DNA of 63,678 nucleotides, filler included, from Guillardia theta CCMP2712 (taxonomy: Eukaryota > Protista > Cryptophyta): the NCBI RefSeq assembly GCF_000315625.1. It is 4 parts of 4 records of this genome, joined end to end, with 100 filler letters (N's around TTAATTAATTAA, not from the genome) between each part and the next. Parts side by side here need not be neighbours in the genome. Positions count along the whole stretch, not along the records: positions 29,936 to 52,896 come from NW_005434486.1; 3 more parts are not named here. One strand, 5' to 3'. Under the pieces are notes generated by a model. That model was not told where the DNA came from. It searched no databases and worked only from the letters and a program-made list of their open reading frames with translations. The translations under genes and the position numbers were made by a program. Position 1 is the stretch's first letter. Each line of letters opens with the position of its first letter. This document shows, piece by piece, positions 37,219 to 49,813 of this stretch.

Positions 37219-40200
37219 ATGGCGCGGGGAGTGGAGGACGGACTCCCTTCCGCGCCGGAGGAGGAGGAGGAGGCGCGGAACAGGTGTCGAGGTAGCAGAG
37301 CATACAGCTACCTGGCCATAGGTGGCCTCGCTGCCATGATCGTCTTCATCGCTCTCGCCTCTCCCCGCTCGCTCTTGCGTCATACTTCCCCATCCGAACT
37401 TTACAGTGGAGAATATGAGCTAGGCGGAAGCCAAGGACAGGCGTTATGGGAGCCAGCCACACAGCAGATTCTCTCATCTCAAGGAGAGATCTCAGCTCCT
37501 CCAAGCTACGGGCAGGCAGGAGGCATCAACTACATGCCCTCCACGCAAGCAGGAGTAAGCGACAAGGACCAGTCTCCGGACATACCGCAGTCGTTCCTTC
37601 AGGAGGAAAGCATATCGAAGAGGAGGATGAAGAGGTGAGCCCCTCTATCTGATTGTGTCTCACCAAGAGCATGCTTGGCTCATGTTGACTTCAGGCTCAT
37701 GGAAGCCTTGAAGAAGTCTGCCAAGATGTCAGAGAAGCTTGATGAGCAGGAGAAGGATTTGTCGGAGTATGTCAAGTCCACAGTGTCGGGCGTGAAGGAT
37801 GAGATAGTAGAGCTCAACACAAAGGAGACCGATGACATCAGCGCTCCATACCACTTGGTGAAAGGACCAGAGTGAGCTTTGAGAGAGTGTGCTGTGATGA
37901 GGAGCTGAATGTGCTTTGTTTGCTTCCTTTGCTCTTTTGGCGGCGTTGCAGAGGTCCACCCGGCTTGCCTGGTAAGCAGTCTTTATGAAGCTACAGATAG
38001 TGAAGAGAGAGATGATGAAACGACTTGTACGCGGAAGATATCGAGCAGCGACTGACTTGTCGCAGGTTTGAATGGGGTTCCGGGGCTCAACGGTGCGGAC
38101 GGAGCTCCTGGTCCTCAAGGGCCAGTGGGCCCCCAGGGTTTCTCGGGGGCGATTGGAGTTCCTGGACACGAAGGGAAGAAAGGACTTCCAGGTGAGGAGG
38201 TTGCGTGCAGAACAATCTAGTTGTGATACATCATCAGGGGCCAGAGGGCCTATTGGTGTGACGGGTATCCCGGGCATGACCGGCCCGATGGGTCCGGATG
38301 GCGTTCAGGGAGGAGGTATGCCCATGCAAAACAACGATGTGCTAGATCCTCAAGTACGTTGTACAGTTTCACTAGCTGATAGCTGGAATCCTGGCCGATA
38401 CTTCTGTCCCAGTGGTGGAAACCTCTACACCCGCCTTGTTGATTGTGATTACTCGTCCTGCCGCCTTGAGACCCTATACAATGGAGTGAGTCTCGCGTCC
38501 TATCTTGTGTGAGGCCTAATGACGTCCTGCTCAGGTCTGGGGAACTGTGTGTGGAGTAGGCTTCACTCAGATCACCGCCGACGTGGTTTGCAGAAACATC
38601 GGGTTCGAAGAAGGAGGCAAGGCTCGTAGGAAGGGTGGAGGCCAAGGTCCCATATGGCTGTCGCGTGTAGCTTGTAAGGCTCGTCTCTGCGGCTCGGACG
38701 TGTTGTGATGCTCCACACAGGCAAAGGTACTGAGGAGGACATGGGCGACTGTCCCAAGACCTGTGGAGGCGAAGGATGTACGCATGCCGACGATGTTGGC
38801 TTATGCTGCTGGGGGCTCAACGATCAGTTCCAGGTACGGCTTGATCCGGCAGTCCTCTACTGACCTAATCTTGGCGTGCCCGTGCGGGGGCTGACTTGTG
38901 CTCGTCCAGGGCATGAGGGTGAACGTGCGGTCGAGCTTCAAGACCGTGAGGCGGTTGAGGGAAGAATGCTACACTCCGGATGCATGCTTGCCGAGGTGAG
39001 CTCGGGGAAGGGGAGTATGCTCAGCGTCGTTGCTGACGTCTGTGCGTTTCTGTTTCACCTCAGCACTGACAAGAATCAAGTCGTGTTCGGGGGCAGCTGC
39101 GGAGATCCCAACAACGACCCCGAATGGAAGCAAATCCTCCCGGAGGGTGAATGGGCAAGATTTAGCAACAATGAGTGCGACAACGACCAAGACATGTGTG
39201 CTTTGCATAACTGCAGACTGAGAGCAAACTCACTGTCCTCCTTGTACATCCCGGAGAAACTTTCGGTATCTCGACCTTGGGATTGATGATGAAGCTGACG
39301 GGGCCTGTCTCCAGGTGACCATGTACGATCAAAGGTACTTCGAAGGTAACAAGATCGTCTACGTCGGCCCACGAAAAGTCGACTGTCTCGTCTGGGAGGG
39401 CTGGAACGACCGCGTACAGTCTCTCAAGGTTGGCGGATGATCGAAGAGTCTCCACACAGACGAGTGACGGGTGCGCAGATTGAAGGTGCTGTCAAGAGAC
39501 CACGATCAAGCTGGACTGTGCGGGTGTATCAGTCGACTGGGCCCCTTCTCAACGTCCCATCCATGTACGCCATGAGGTACCTTGGGAGCACCACTATTCC
39601 ATACATCAACTTCCAGGGCACCGAGACACTCCGCAAGGTCAGTGCAGTACCTTGTCCTCCTACTTATGCGTGTGTACGGCTGGTCGCGTGGCTCACGTTG
39701 CTGCAGTACTTCGCAGGGGTGCCTGCGTCAAACTTTGCGGTGGAGTTCTACGGAAACATCCTGGTCCAGAACGGAGGCACCTACGACTTCTGCACTGCAT
39801 CATCGGACGGGTACGGTCTGGTAGCAGCTGCTCATGTGTAAGGTGAGAGACGTACGCAGGTCGCAGCTATTTGTGGAGGACAACCTCGTGGTTGACAACA
39901 ACGGCTTGCACGGCTCCAGAGAGATCTGCCGCTCGTCGTACGTCAACAAAGGCCTTGTTCACATCCGAGTCAAGGCGTTTGTTAACACGGGCGCCTTCGT
40001 CCTGCACGCCTTCTGGAGGTATACATGCTTGGCGACTAGTCGCGCTGCTCTGACGCTTGACAAGGGGCCAAGACACCCTGGGCAACAAGATGCTCCTTAG
40101 GAGCGAGGACGCCGAGGCGAACCTGCCAGACAGGCCTCCGGCGTCTGACTGGGCCCTGCGGGTTTTCAGATCGAACAGACCTCTAGTGGTGGGGCTCTGC

Positions 40201-42116
40201 TGGGCGTGGAGGTGACGATCTGACAGCTGAGGCAGGCGATCCCCGACTCCATCATGGTCACTGCAGTCGGAAGCGCCAAGGACATCGAGACCGTCGGGGT
40301 CAGCTCACTGGAAGAGCTTCGTCAGTACGTGTCTGAGACGCCCAGCTCAGACTACAGCTGGATCTTCTACGGGTCGCTATACGTTGAGTTTGCGGGGACC
40401 TACTCTTTGTGCACGACGTCGGACGATGGGTCCCGACTGCTGCTCAACGGCGAATTGATCGTTGAGAACAATGGACTCCATGGAGCTGTTAGGGCTTGCG
40501 GGAATGCGCAGCTACGGGCAGGATCTCACTCCGTCACTGTGGAAGGCTTCCAGCATGGGGGAGGGATCTACCAGAGCATCACCTACGCTGGGCCAGACAC
40601 AGGAGGAGGAGAGATTCTGATGATGAGTAAGGGCAGCTCCAAGGGCAAGCTACCTGACCTGCCTCCACCTTCGTCCTTCACCATGAGGATGTATCAGGCT
40701 GAGATCCAGGAGCTGACGTACACGCCTGACCTTGCGTTCTTGAACTTTGTTGAGGAAGGCAAAACTCCATACATCGACTACCACGACCTCGACGATTTCC
40801 GCAGTACCGTTCCCAAGACGCCGTCATACAACTACGTGTGGGCCATCTACGGCAACCTGGACGTCACCAGGGCCGGCACATACACGTTCTGTACCACGTC
40901 CGACGACGGATCCTTCATGTACGTAGACGGCAAGATGGTCGTTAACAACGACGGTCTCCACGGAGCACAGGAGAGATGCGGAGATATCTCGCTCTCGACA
41001 GGGACCCACGCCATGTTCCTTCCAGGCTTCCAGCACTACGGCGGAGCGTACATGGCTGCGCACTACATTGGGCCTGACACAGGCAGAGTGAAGAGGTACC
41101 TCAGATCTGACAGCTCCAAGGCACCTGCTCCCCCCAAGCCCTCAGCATGGACAGTGCGGCTGTTCAGAGGAAGCAACATCCAGAACATGGCTCTTGCAAA
41201 CTGGCAGTTCTTGACGTTCGTGGGCGAGGCGACATACAGAGATATCTACGTGCCCAACAACGGAGAGTTTGTGAGGATGATTCCTGGCATGCCAGACAAC
41301 AACTTTGTGTGGGTGTACTACGGAACCGTCAAGATCAACGCTCCTGGCATCTACTCTTTCTGTTCGACCTCTGATGACGGCTCATACCTCTTCGTCGATG
41401 ACAACCTCATCGTCAACAACGATGGCTTGCACGGGGCCGACAGGAGATGTGGAAGTGTCAAGCTGAACCCAGGAGATCACCAGGTTCGCGTTGAAGGCTT
41501 CAACCATTGGGGAGAGGCTTATCAGAGCGCGTCCTACTCCGGCCCGGACACTGGGGACCAGTACCGGCACATGGTCAGCTTGCCGACGGCTGCCCCACCT
41601 CTCCCTCCTCCCTCCGAGTGGACCATCCGGATGTACTCCACCAACTACGAACTCCATCACGTTCCGGATGTCTCGCACATGTCGTACGTCGGGGGGGCCA
41701 AGATTTCCTACATCCAGTTCAGCACCCTTGGAGAGCTGAGAAATTGGGTCCCGAACACGCCTGATTCCAAGTACGCATGGCAGGTGTACGGAAAAGTGCG
41801 TGTGATCATTGCAGGCACCTATACCTTCTGCTCTACTTCTGATGATGGTTCAATTGTCTACTTTGGCAACCAACAAGTTGTCAACAACGACGGGCTGCAT
41901 GGGGGTGTGAAGGTTTGCGGTTCCATCAACCTTCAAGCTGGGGACCACGACGTGGTGCTGGTGGGCTTCCAGAACTACGGAGGAGTGTACCAGGACTTCA
42001 CGTACAGCGGGCCGGACACCAGAGGGGCAGAGAGGCGTGTCAGAAGTGTCTCGGCAGCTGCACCTGCGAGTACTGCAGGCACTTCTGGGCAGTTTGGCAG
42101 GTGGCCTCCGAACTGA
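37219..42116 (+). CDS. Copy B: inverted paralogue, same domain order, ends GRWPPN* after fifth PA14
   Basis: Exons 37219-37634, 37695-37871, 37952-37971, 38066-38191, 38238 onward, and a long last exon through 42116. Same motifs as copy A. Confidence 0.88.
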
Positions 42117-43187
42117 TCAGCAGTGTACTTGCCGCTGCCGCGGTGCAACTTCGAATCAGTTATGCCTCACTGATTGATGATTTTTCATTCTCCTCACTTT
42201 GGGTTTGCGCTTTATTAACAACGAGATGCGGGGGTTGAGTTAGGCGGGCCGTGATCGAGTTGAAGTGAATGAGCGAGACCTTATTTCTTGTGACCTAGAG
42301 TTTTGATATTGAAAGCTTTTACTTCCAGTTTCACCGAGTGATTCCCCCCTCGCAAGTCCGAGGCCCGGCCTGAGTGTTGCCCGGCTCGGCCCGCCGGAAC
42401 TGCAGTGGCAGTGAGAGTTCCGATCCCGGCGAATTATAATTTTGAGCAATCCGTGTTTCAGTACCAGTGACTTTTATATTGAAGTACGGTGACTGTAAAC
42501 TTCAGATATCACTTGGGTACAACACATAGAACCATGATGGTACAGAATCGGAATATGAAATATTTTATTTTGTACCTTTTTGATACTGTATCGGAAATAT
42601 TTCATACTAAGGTACCGAGAAGGCCTGTTCACTAAAACATTTTGTTGAAATATTTGTACTGAACTAAAAGTAATGTAAATCTATGTACTATTATATGAGT
42701 TATACGGATCTCCATACAGGAAGGTTTTAATCTAAAAACCCCAAAAAGGTAATTGTAAATTCGTGCGGAATGTACAGGAATGGTGTACATGTCTGTGCGG
42801 GAGCGAGGGGGTAGGAGGAGACAGAGGAAGGAGGAGGAGGGGACTAGGAGAGTAACTCCACCTGCCATGACGGTGAGGGCGATTGCAGAGCAAGAAGGAA
42901 GCTGGTGAGAACGGTGGAGATGAAGGGGAGAGGAACACAGGCGCATGGGCTCAAAAGGCAGGTGTTGGCATGTAGGAAGGGGAGACACTTGAAGGTGAGC
43001 GGGACAGTAGCAGGAGGTGGTGAATGAAGCTAGCAGATGTGCCAGGCTGTAGCAAGTCTGTCTCCTCCCTGGGCTCGGTCGACTCCGTGAAGTGTCGCCA
43101 GCACCATTGAACGCCATCGGCTGTGGGACGGACCTTGCTTAAAGCTCTACTGCGGCGATGCTGCTGCAATCCCATTGATGTGGTGAT

Positions 43188-46100
43188 ATGGCCATGGAAG
43201 CAAGCCTGCAGACTGCAAATGTCTTGATAGAAGACGCAGAGCAAGACAAGAACATCTTGCTGTGGGCCAGGGAGGAACCTAGTGAGGCTTTCGGCGGCGA
43301 AGCACTTGATGACGGCAAGGCCCTGGTGGGTCTGCGTGCCGACCCAGCCTCCGAGAACTGGGAGGACGACTTCGACTTTGACTCACCTTCCTGCGATGCG
43401 TTTCCTGCTCCTCCTCAGGCTGACAGGTTGAAGAGCAAGAGCAAGCTCAAGGCCCACAACCAGAGCAGCCTTGGAGCACCGGAGCGCAACAACTTGGAGG
43501 AGCTGCTCAAAGTCTTGCCGGACCTGTCGATCGATGCTAACTGTCTTGATGACTTGTGCCGTCTGTTCTCCAGCTCAAACTCAGGTCTCTTCACCGTCAA
43601 AACTCTTTTGAAGGACGTCCAATCCATGTACAACTCATTCCATGATAAATATGTGGTCGAGAAATTCAACGGCAAATCGAGAACGAGGATCGAGGACCTC
43701 GAACAGAATCTTACAGACGCCATGGAAAGTAAGTGTTTACAAGCAGAGCTCTCGGCCTGTCTTGAGCTTGCCCGGACATATCGTGCCAAGTCCCAACAGG
43801 GGGCAGCGATGTTGAAGTTGCAACGTGCGCAGACGGCATTGCAGACCGCCGAGCAGAACTTGACGGGCGAAGAGGGCAGCGAAGCTTCCGGAGAGCTGAT
43901 CACGGAGGCTCACATCCTTCATGAGATGGCCATCACGGCCAGGAAGATACAGGATCTGAACGCGGCGAAAGCTTACCTGGAACGTGCCTTCTTCTCGATC
44001 TCGTCCTCCAAGAGCCTGTCTCCGCTGTGGTCACCGTTGTGGCTGCGGCTGCATGTTGACTCTGGCATCTTGGCTCTCTCTCTCGGCTCGACCAAGACTG
44101 CGTTATGGCACTTCTCTCAGTACCTTGCGGGCCTCGTTGCAAGGCAGCCTTCGCTGTCTGTAGATACGCTCGTCAAGTATGACTCAAACGACCAAACTGT
44201 GAAATATTATGAGGAGCTGTTCATGGGATGTTTCTTTGTCGGAGCCACGTTGCAATGCTCGATGGCGCCTGACTTGGCCTTGACCTTCATCAAGTACTCG
44301 ATTGCCACCTATAAATTCATGGAGATGCAGAAGATTGAAAACGCCCCAAGAAAGCTGAAGGTTGTTATTTGCTGGTACAAGGAAGCAATGTACACGTCTC
44401 AGGCTACGCACGATTGCCCGTCAGTGAATGAGGATGACAGCCTGTACTTGTCTGAAGACGAGGAGAACGCTGATGTGGATTTTGACGAGCAGATGGACGA
44501 TTTCGGGTCCAACGAGGGGAAGCAGAACGAGGATCAGGCGGAGAAGTCGGTGGAGGAGGATGATGAGTTCGATGAGGAGGACGAGGATTGGGACAGAGAG
44601 CTTGAGATTGAGGCCATGCTGAGGGGAGAAACCTCTGAGAGCATCTCAAGGGAGTCTTCGCGCTCGAGCCTGTTCACGGGCAGCAGGGCGTCGGAGAACA
44701 TTGAGATGGGACTAGGTCAGTCAGGCGACTCCCTCCCTGAGAGGTGGGTGTTCTCAAAGACTCTGTCCGGCAAGTCTGTGAAGCCAGTCATCATCATGTA
44801 CCCCAAGGTCAGCCCGCTGTACTCGATCAGATCCAAGAGGATCATGAGTGAGGCCGCTACCCAACAATGGCTCGAGGGACTGATCAAGAGCCAGAGGCAA
44901 AGTTACTTGCTCCACAGCCAGGCTGCTAACTACGAAGGGATCGACGAGAGGCTGAAGAACGCTGAGCGGTCCCTTCGGGATTGGACGATTCTGTGCGTTC
45001 AGTATTGCCACGTCCTGTTTCGATTGCCGGATGCCAGCCAACATTTCTGGAAGTATGCGGACATCTTCTTCAGAGGCGTCGCAGAGAGCAAGTTGATGCA
45101 GAGGGAGAGGGATTGGAAGACGACGGAGGCAGAGGACAAGCTCGTGTGGTTGGCTGTGATGCGAGCTTGCGAGTCAGTGACGTTGATGGCGTCCCAGCTG
45201 TGGACCAGCTCGTCCAAAAACGATTTCTTGCGCTTCCTTAAGATCTCTCGAGAGGTTTCGAGGAGGAAGAATGACTACTTCTACGACGTGATGGAGCTTG
45301 AGACGTTTGCGCACCATCGCTCCTCCGAGATGTTCTCCTCTGTCATCCCTGGTTTTTGCAGGATCTTCTTGAGCGCGATCAGGAGGGAGCGAGACGAGCC
45401 TCCCTCCAACGCAGATGCAGACACCACCGTCATCGAGTGGGGAGGAGAAGCCAGGCAGCTGGAGGACTGGGGGCGCCTGGAGAAGGGGAACCTGTCATCC
45501 GGCGAGATGGGTTGGACCAGCTTCGAGGCTCAGGCGGCGGCTCTGGCGGACATCCAACTGTGTCTCAAGGGCCGGTCGCCGATCACCGCAAGGGAGGTAG
45601 TGCACGACATGAAGGGGCACAAGCAGGAGAACCCTGTGGAGTGGCAGGATGGTGACGTGGACATGCCTGACATGGTCAGCCTCGACCGCCTCCTCCTCGA
45701 CGAGGAGTACAGGATCAGCCTGCTAGCGGACATCTACCCCAAGACTCGACCCGACCTCTTCCTGCGTGCCAAGTGCGCCTTCGTCCTCGGCAACTTCTAC
45801 CTTCAGCAGAAGGAAGGGGCAGGCAGGGTCAAGGCGGAGCAGCTCTTGCTGGAGAGCCTGTACATCCTTGACAACTGCGCTCAGCCCGTCCCAGGGATCA
45901 AGTTTCTTGTGTCGAGCTTGGGAGAGGTCGTGCTGCAGGCGTACGCTGCAGTCCTCCTCGAGAACAACAAGTACAAGTACGGAGTGCTGGCGCTGGAGGC
46001 AGCGGCGGAGTGTCAGAAGCTGAGGACGGGGGTAGAGCCCCAGCAGCTCTACCGGCAGCTGGCTATGGTCTGCACTGAGCATGGGGACTACGAGAGGAGC

Positions 46101-48142
46101 TTGAGGTACTACTCGATCGTGCTGGGGAAGGCGAGGCAAGACGGCAAGTCCAACGAGTTCATCTTTGTGAGCGAGAGGGTCTCGGACATCCTGGTAGAGC
46201 ACGGGGACTTCGCGCAGGCTGAGCAGATCCTCCTTGCTGCGATCGCGTTCCTGCAGGAGGAGAGGAAGGACAAGAAGGACAGCAGCTCCCTCGAGGGCCT
46301 CCTCAACGCTGCCAACGACATGGAGCTGGAGTACCTGGCCAGCTACAAGAACCTTGACACCAGATTCCTCCGCATCCTGATGAAGCTGTCAAAGATCCAC
46401 CTCGATGGGTACGAGACGGTCAAGGGGGTCCGCATCCTCAAGAAGCTCCTCTCCCGCTCCCTCCCCGCCAGCAAGAAGGCAAGCATCCAGGCCCTCCTCG
46501 CCACCGGGCACTACGAGCTCTGGCAGACAGCTGAGTGCGACGCCTGCCTGGCCTCTGCTGCCGCTGCGACGTCCTCGGGCTTTGCTGAGGTGCTGTCCGG
46601 GCCCGAGCTGTTCGCCATTACCCTCCTGGGGTGTAAAAATCTCCTCAGGTCAGGACGAGCCGTGGAGGCGCTCAAGAAGATAGACGAGGCGATAGCAGGG
46701 GAGACCCGCCTCAGCGGCATCGGCCAGCTCTTCCTCCTCCGTGGCAAGGTGCTGCAGACGCTGGCGTGCCGGTCGGAGGGGGACGCTAGTGTCCTGCCCT
46801 CCTTCTCTTCCACGCTGGATCTGTGGAGGGGGGCGGCTGAATCAATGCACATGGCCATGGACGCGTTCTCTCGCGTCGGGGATCGAAGCATGGAGTCTAA
46901 GGCCGCGTGCTGCTATGCTCAGGTGCGGCTGGACGCCATATGGTGCCCCTGCGTCCTGCTGAAGAAGCAGTGGGAGACGACGCTGTTCAAGACGGCACCG
47001 AAGGACTTCGTGTCGAGGAGCGCTCTCCACTCGCCCATGCTCGGGCCAGGGATGAGGAGGAGGGAGACAAAGTCTTCCATGGGGAGCAGCGGGAACATGA
47101 ACACTCGGATGTCGGCAGCATCGAGGGCAAGCAGCATGGGCAGCAGCACCTCCCCGCACCTCAACGCCATCGACTCGGACCCCCTGTGCTCCATCGAGCG
47201 AGCTTCCATCTTCGGGCTCGAGGAGAACGCGGCGACGCTATCGGACATCATGACCCTCCTCCGGTCGCACCTCAACATGGCGGAGATCCGCTGGCTGCAG
47301 GGCAGGAGGAGCGCGGCCATGGCACACTTCCTCGAGTGCCGCGACCTCTTCTTCGGCCTCTTCGTCTCTCCAGCTGGGAACGTGCTGGTGTCGGACGGCC
47401 CCCTGGCGTTCACCAGGGCGATCCTGGGGATCCTGAACAGGATGGCGAGGTTTGTGCTTGTGTGGGATAAGGTGACCATCAACCACCACATCGCCATCTT
47501 CGACACGATCCTGAACCTCGAGGTCGACCTCGGGTTCTCGTCGTCGCACGGCATGGAGGAGGGCAGGGCGTCGGAGAACGGCAGGAGGGTGTGGTCGCTG
47601 CTGCATTCCATGCGCTGCATCGGAAGGTTGGGCAACAACAGGAGGCTAAGCAAGGAGGACGTACAGAGGAGAAACCTGAACACCCTCAGGAAGATCTGGA
47701 GGGTTTGTACGAGCTCGGCCACAGTAATCACTGCAAGCATGCGAGCCGACGCAGGGCAGCTGGAGCAGGCGGGCAGATCGCCATCGATGAAGCCCCTCCC
47801 TCTCCGACCTCCGCCTCCTCCATGCAACGTGCTGAACCTGTGCCTGGACTCTGACCTTGTGTCCCGTCACATCTACATCTTGTGCCTGATGGAACAGTTC
47901 TTGGCGATCTACAGCCCATACGCCGGCCTGCTAGAGGCACGGATCTTGGGGACGGGAGACAGCGGAGGAATGTTTGACCAGACGTCCCTTGCGGTGATAG
48001 GAGACTTTGTGCAAGGGCTGTCTTCCAGGAGGGAACTAGGTGGGCAGGCGATGGGTGGGAGCGAAGATCCAGCCAAGAAGGACGCGGCGAATCAGGTGGG
48101 CACTGTTTGCTGCTGCTGCTGCTGATGATGATGATGATGACA

Positions 48143-48180
<38 letters not shown>

Positions 48181-49738
48181 CTAGTTTGAGCTCAGATTTG
48201 TTGGTAATGAAGCAGAGTGCTGAGTCTTGTAAATTCGACAAGAGGACTTATGGACTTGACACTAAGCTCCTATTTTGTTTACACACTTTGCGGATAATTT
48301 TCTGTTGCGAATCTTGTTATGCTTTCCCCTCCCTCTTCTCTTTTACTCTACTCTACTCTGCTCGCCTCGCCTCACCTGTCCTCCTCTTTCCTCTCCTCCC
48401 CCCTCCACACTGCCTGATCCCTGTGTCTCTCACTATCTCAATCACTGATCTTCTCCATTCTCGCCAGTTGCAGAGATCGGAACCTCTCAAATCTTGCGAG
48501 CTCGGAAAGATCCTTCTCAACTCCTTCAACCAGTTTCCCGCAGACTGGAAGTACGGATCGCAAGCAGCCAAGCTGAAGCAGGGGCAGCCTGGCGAGGCAA
48601 CGCAGGGCTGCAGCAGGACGGCAAAGAGGAAGAGGAGCTGGCTGAAGAGAGGATGTTTCATGATGTTCAAGTCGCTCCAGACGGCGACGAAGCACAAGGA
48701 GGAGGAAGCGATCGTTCTCCCTCCTCCCCTCTTCATAGCCTGCAGCGCGCTCCTCCGCGCTATCCCGTGGGAGATAGTCTGCCAAGGGTTCACCGTCATG
48801 CGCTCCTTGGGCCTGCACCCGTTCCTGAGGTGCGACGTGGCGAAGGAGGAGAAGAGAGAGGAGGAGAAGGTGGGGCGGCAGGGCAGCACGCAGGCGGAGG
48901 AGAGGAGTCAAGGAATGTGCCTGGTCATCCCGCACAAGTCGAACTGGAGGAAGCAAGACTCGAATTTCTTCGAGAGGAAGAAGGTTGATCACTGAACAGC
49001 TCTCCTCCACTGTTGTCTTGCCTGGTCTCCTCTCCTCTCCTCTCCTCTCCTCTCCTCTCCTCTCCTCTCCTCTCCTCTCCTCTCCTCTCCTCTCCTCTCC
49101 TCTCCTCTCCTCTCCTCTCCTCTCCTCTCCTCGCCTCTCCTCTCCTCTCCTCTCCTCTCCTCTCCTCTCCTCTCCTCTCCTCTCCTCTCTCCTGTAGAAT
49201 GTTTGACGCGTTGTCGTGACAGGGAGCACTAGGGAGAAATTGGCTAACAGCGATGCAGCAAGTAAAGCCCCCGTCTCCTCTCCCTCCCTCTCCCGCCTCC
49301 TGTCTGCTCCCCTCCTCTTCCACTACCGCCTTTTTCCTTCACCCTTCCTCCCCTTTCCTGTCTCTCCTCCTCCTCCTCTTATCACCTCCACCCGCCATGC
49401 TGATCCTTTCATGCAGAGACAGTGGGCGCCACCATGGGACGGAGGAGCAGGAGGAGGAGCAGGGGGAGCAGGGGGAGCAGGAGACGGACCTGACCGCCAC
49501 AACGCCTTCGGCTCTCTGTTCATGCACGCTCCCATCGCGCAGCCCAGCAGGAAAATTTCCCAGCTGAGGAGGAAGTACCGGCTTCCTCCGAGCTTGCAGG
49601 CGCACGTTGTGTTTGTTGAGTCAGAGAAGATCGCGGCGTCCCCTCAGGAATTTGCGGTGAGAGAGGAGGAGAGGAGGATGGGACGGGGGAGGAGAAGGAA
49701 GTGCGATGGACGAGGACGATGCGGCGGCGGGGAGGAGA

Positions 49739-49813
<75 letters not shown>

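Larger units (their letters stand above)
30200..42116. repeat. ~4.9 kb inverted duplication (arms about 30200-35090 and 37215-42116) around a ~2.1 kb unique spacer
   Basis: Arms are reverse complements with near-identical introns. Similarity begins near the ATGs. Confidence 0.95.

Noticed and set aside
29936-42116. Inverted pair as a pure assembly artefact or as transposon terminal inverted repeats
   Set aside because: The arms have structured, frame-preserving differences and different C-termini, and they correspond to whole spliced genes rather than element ends.
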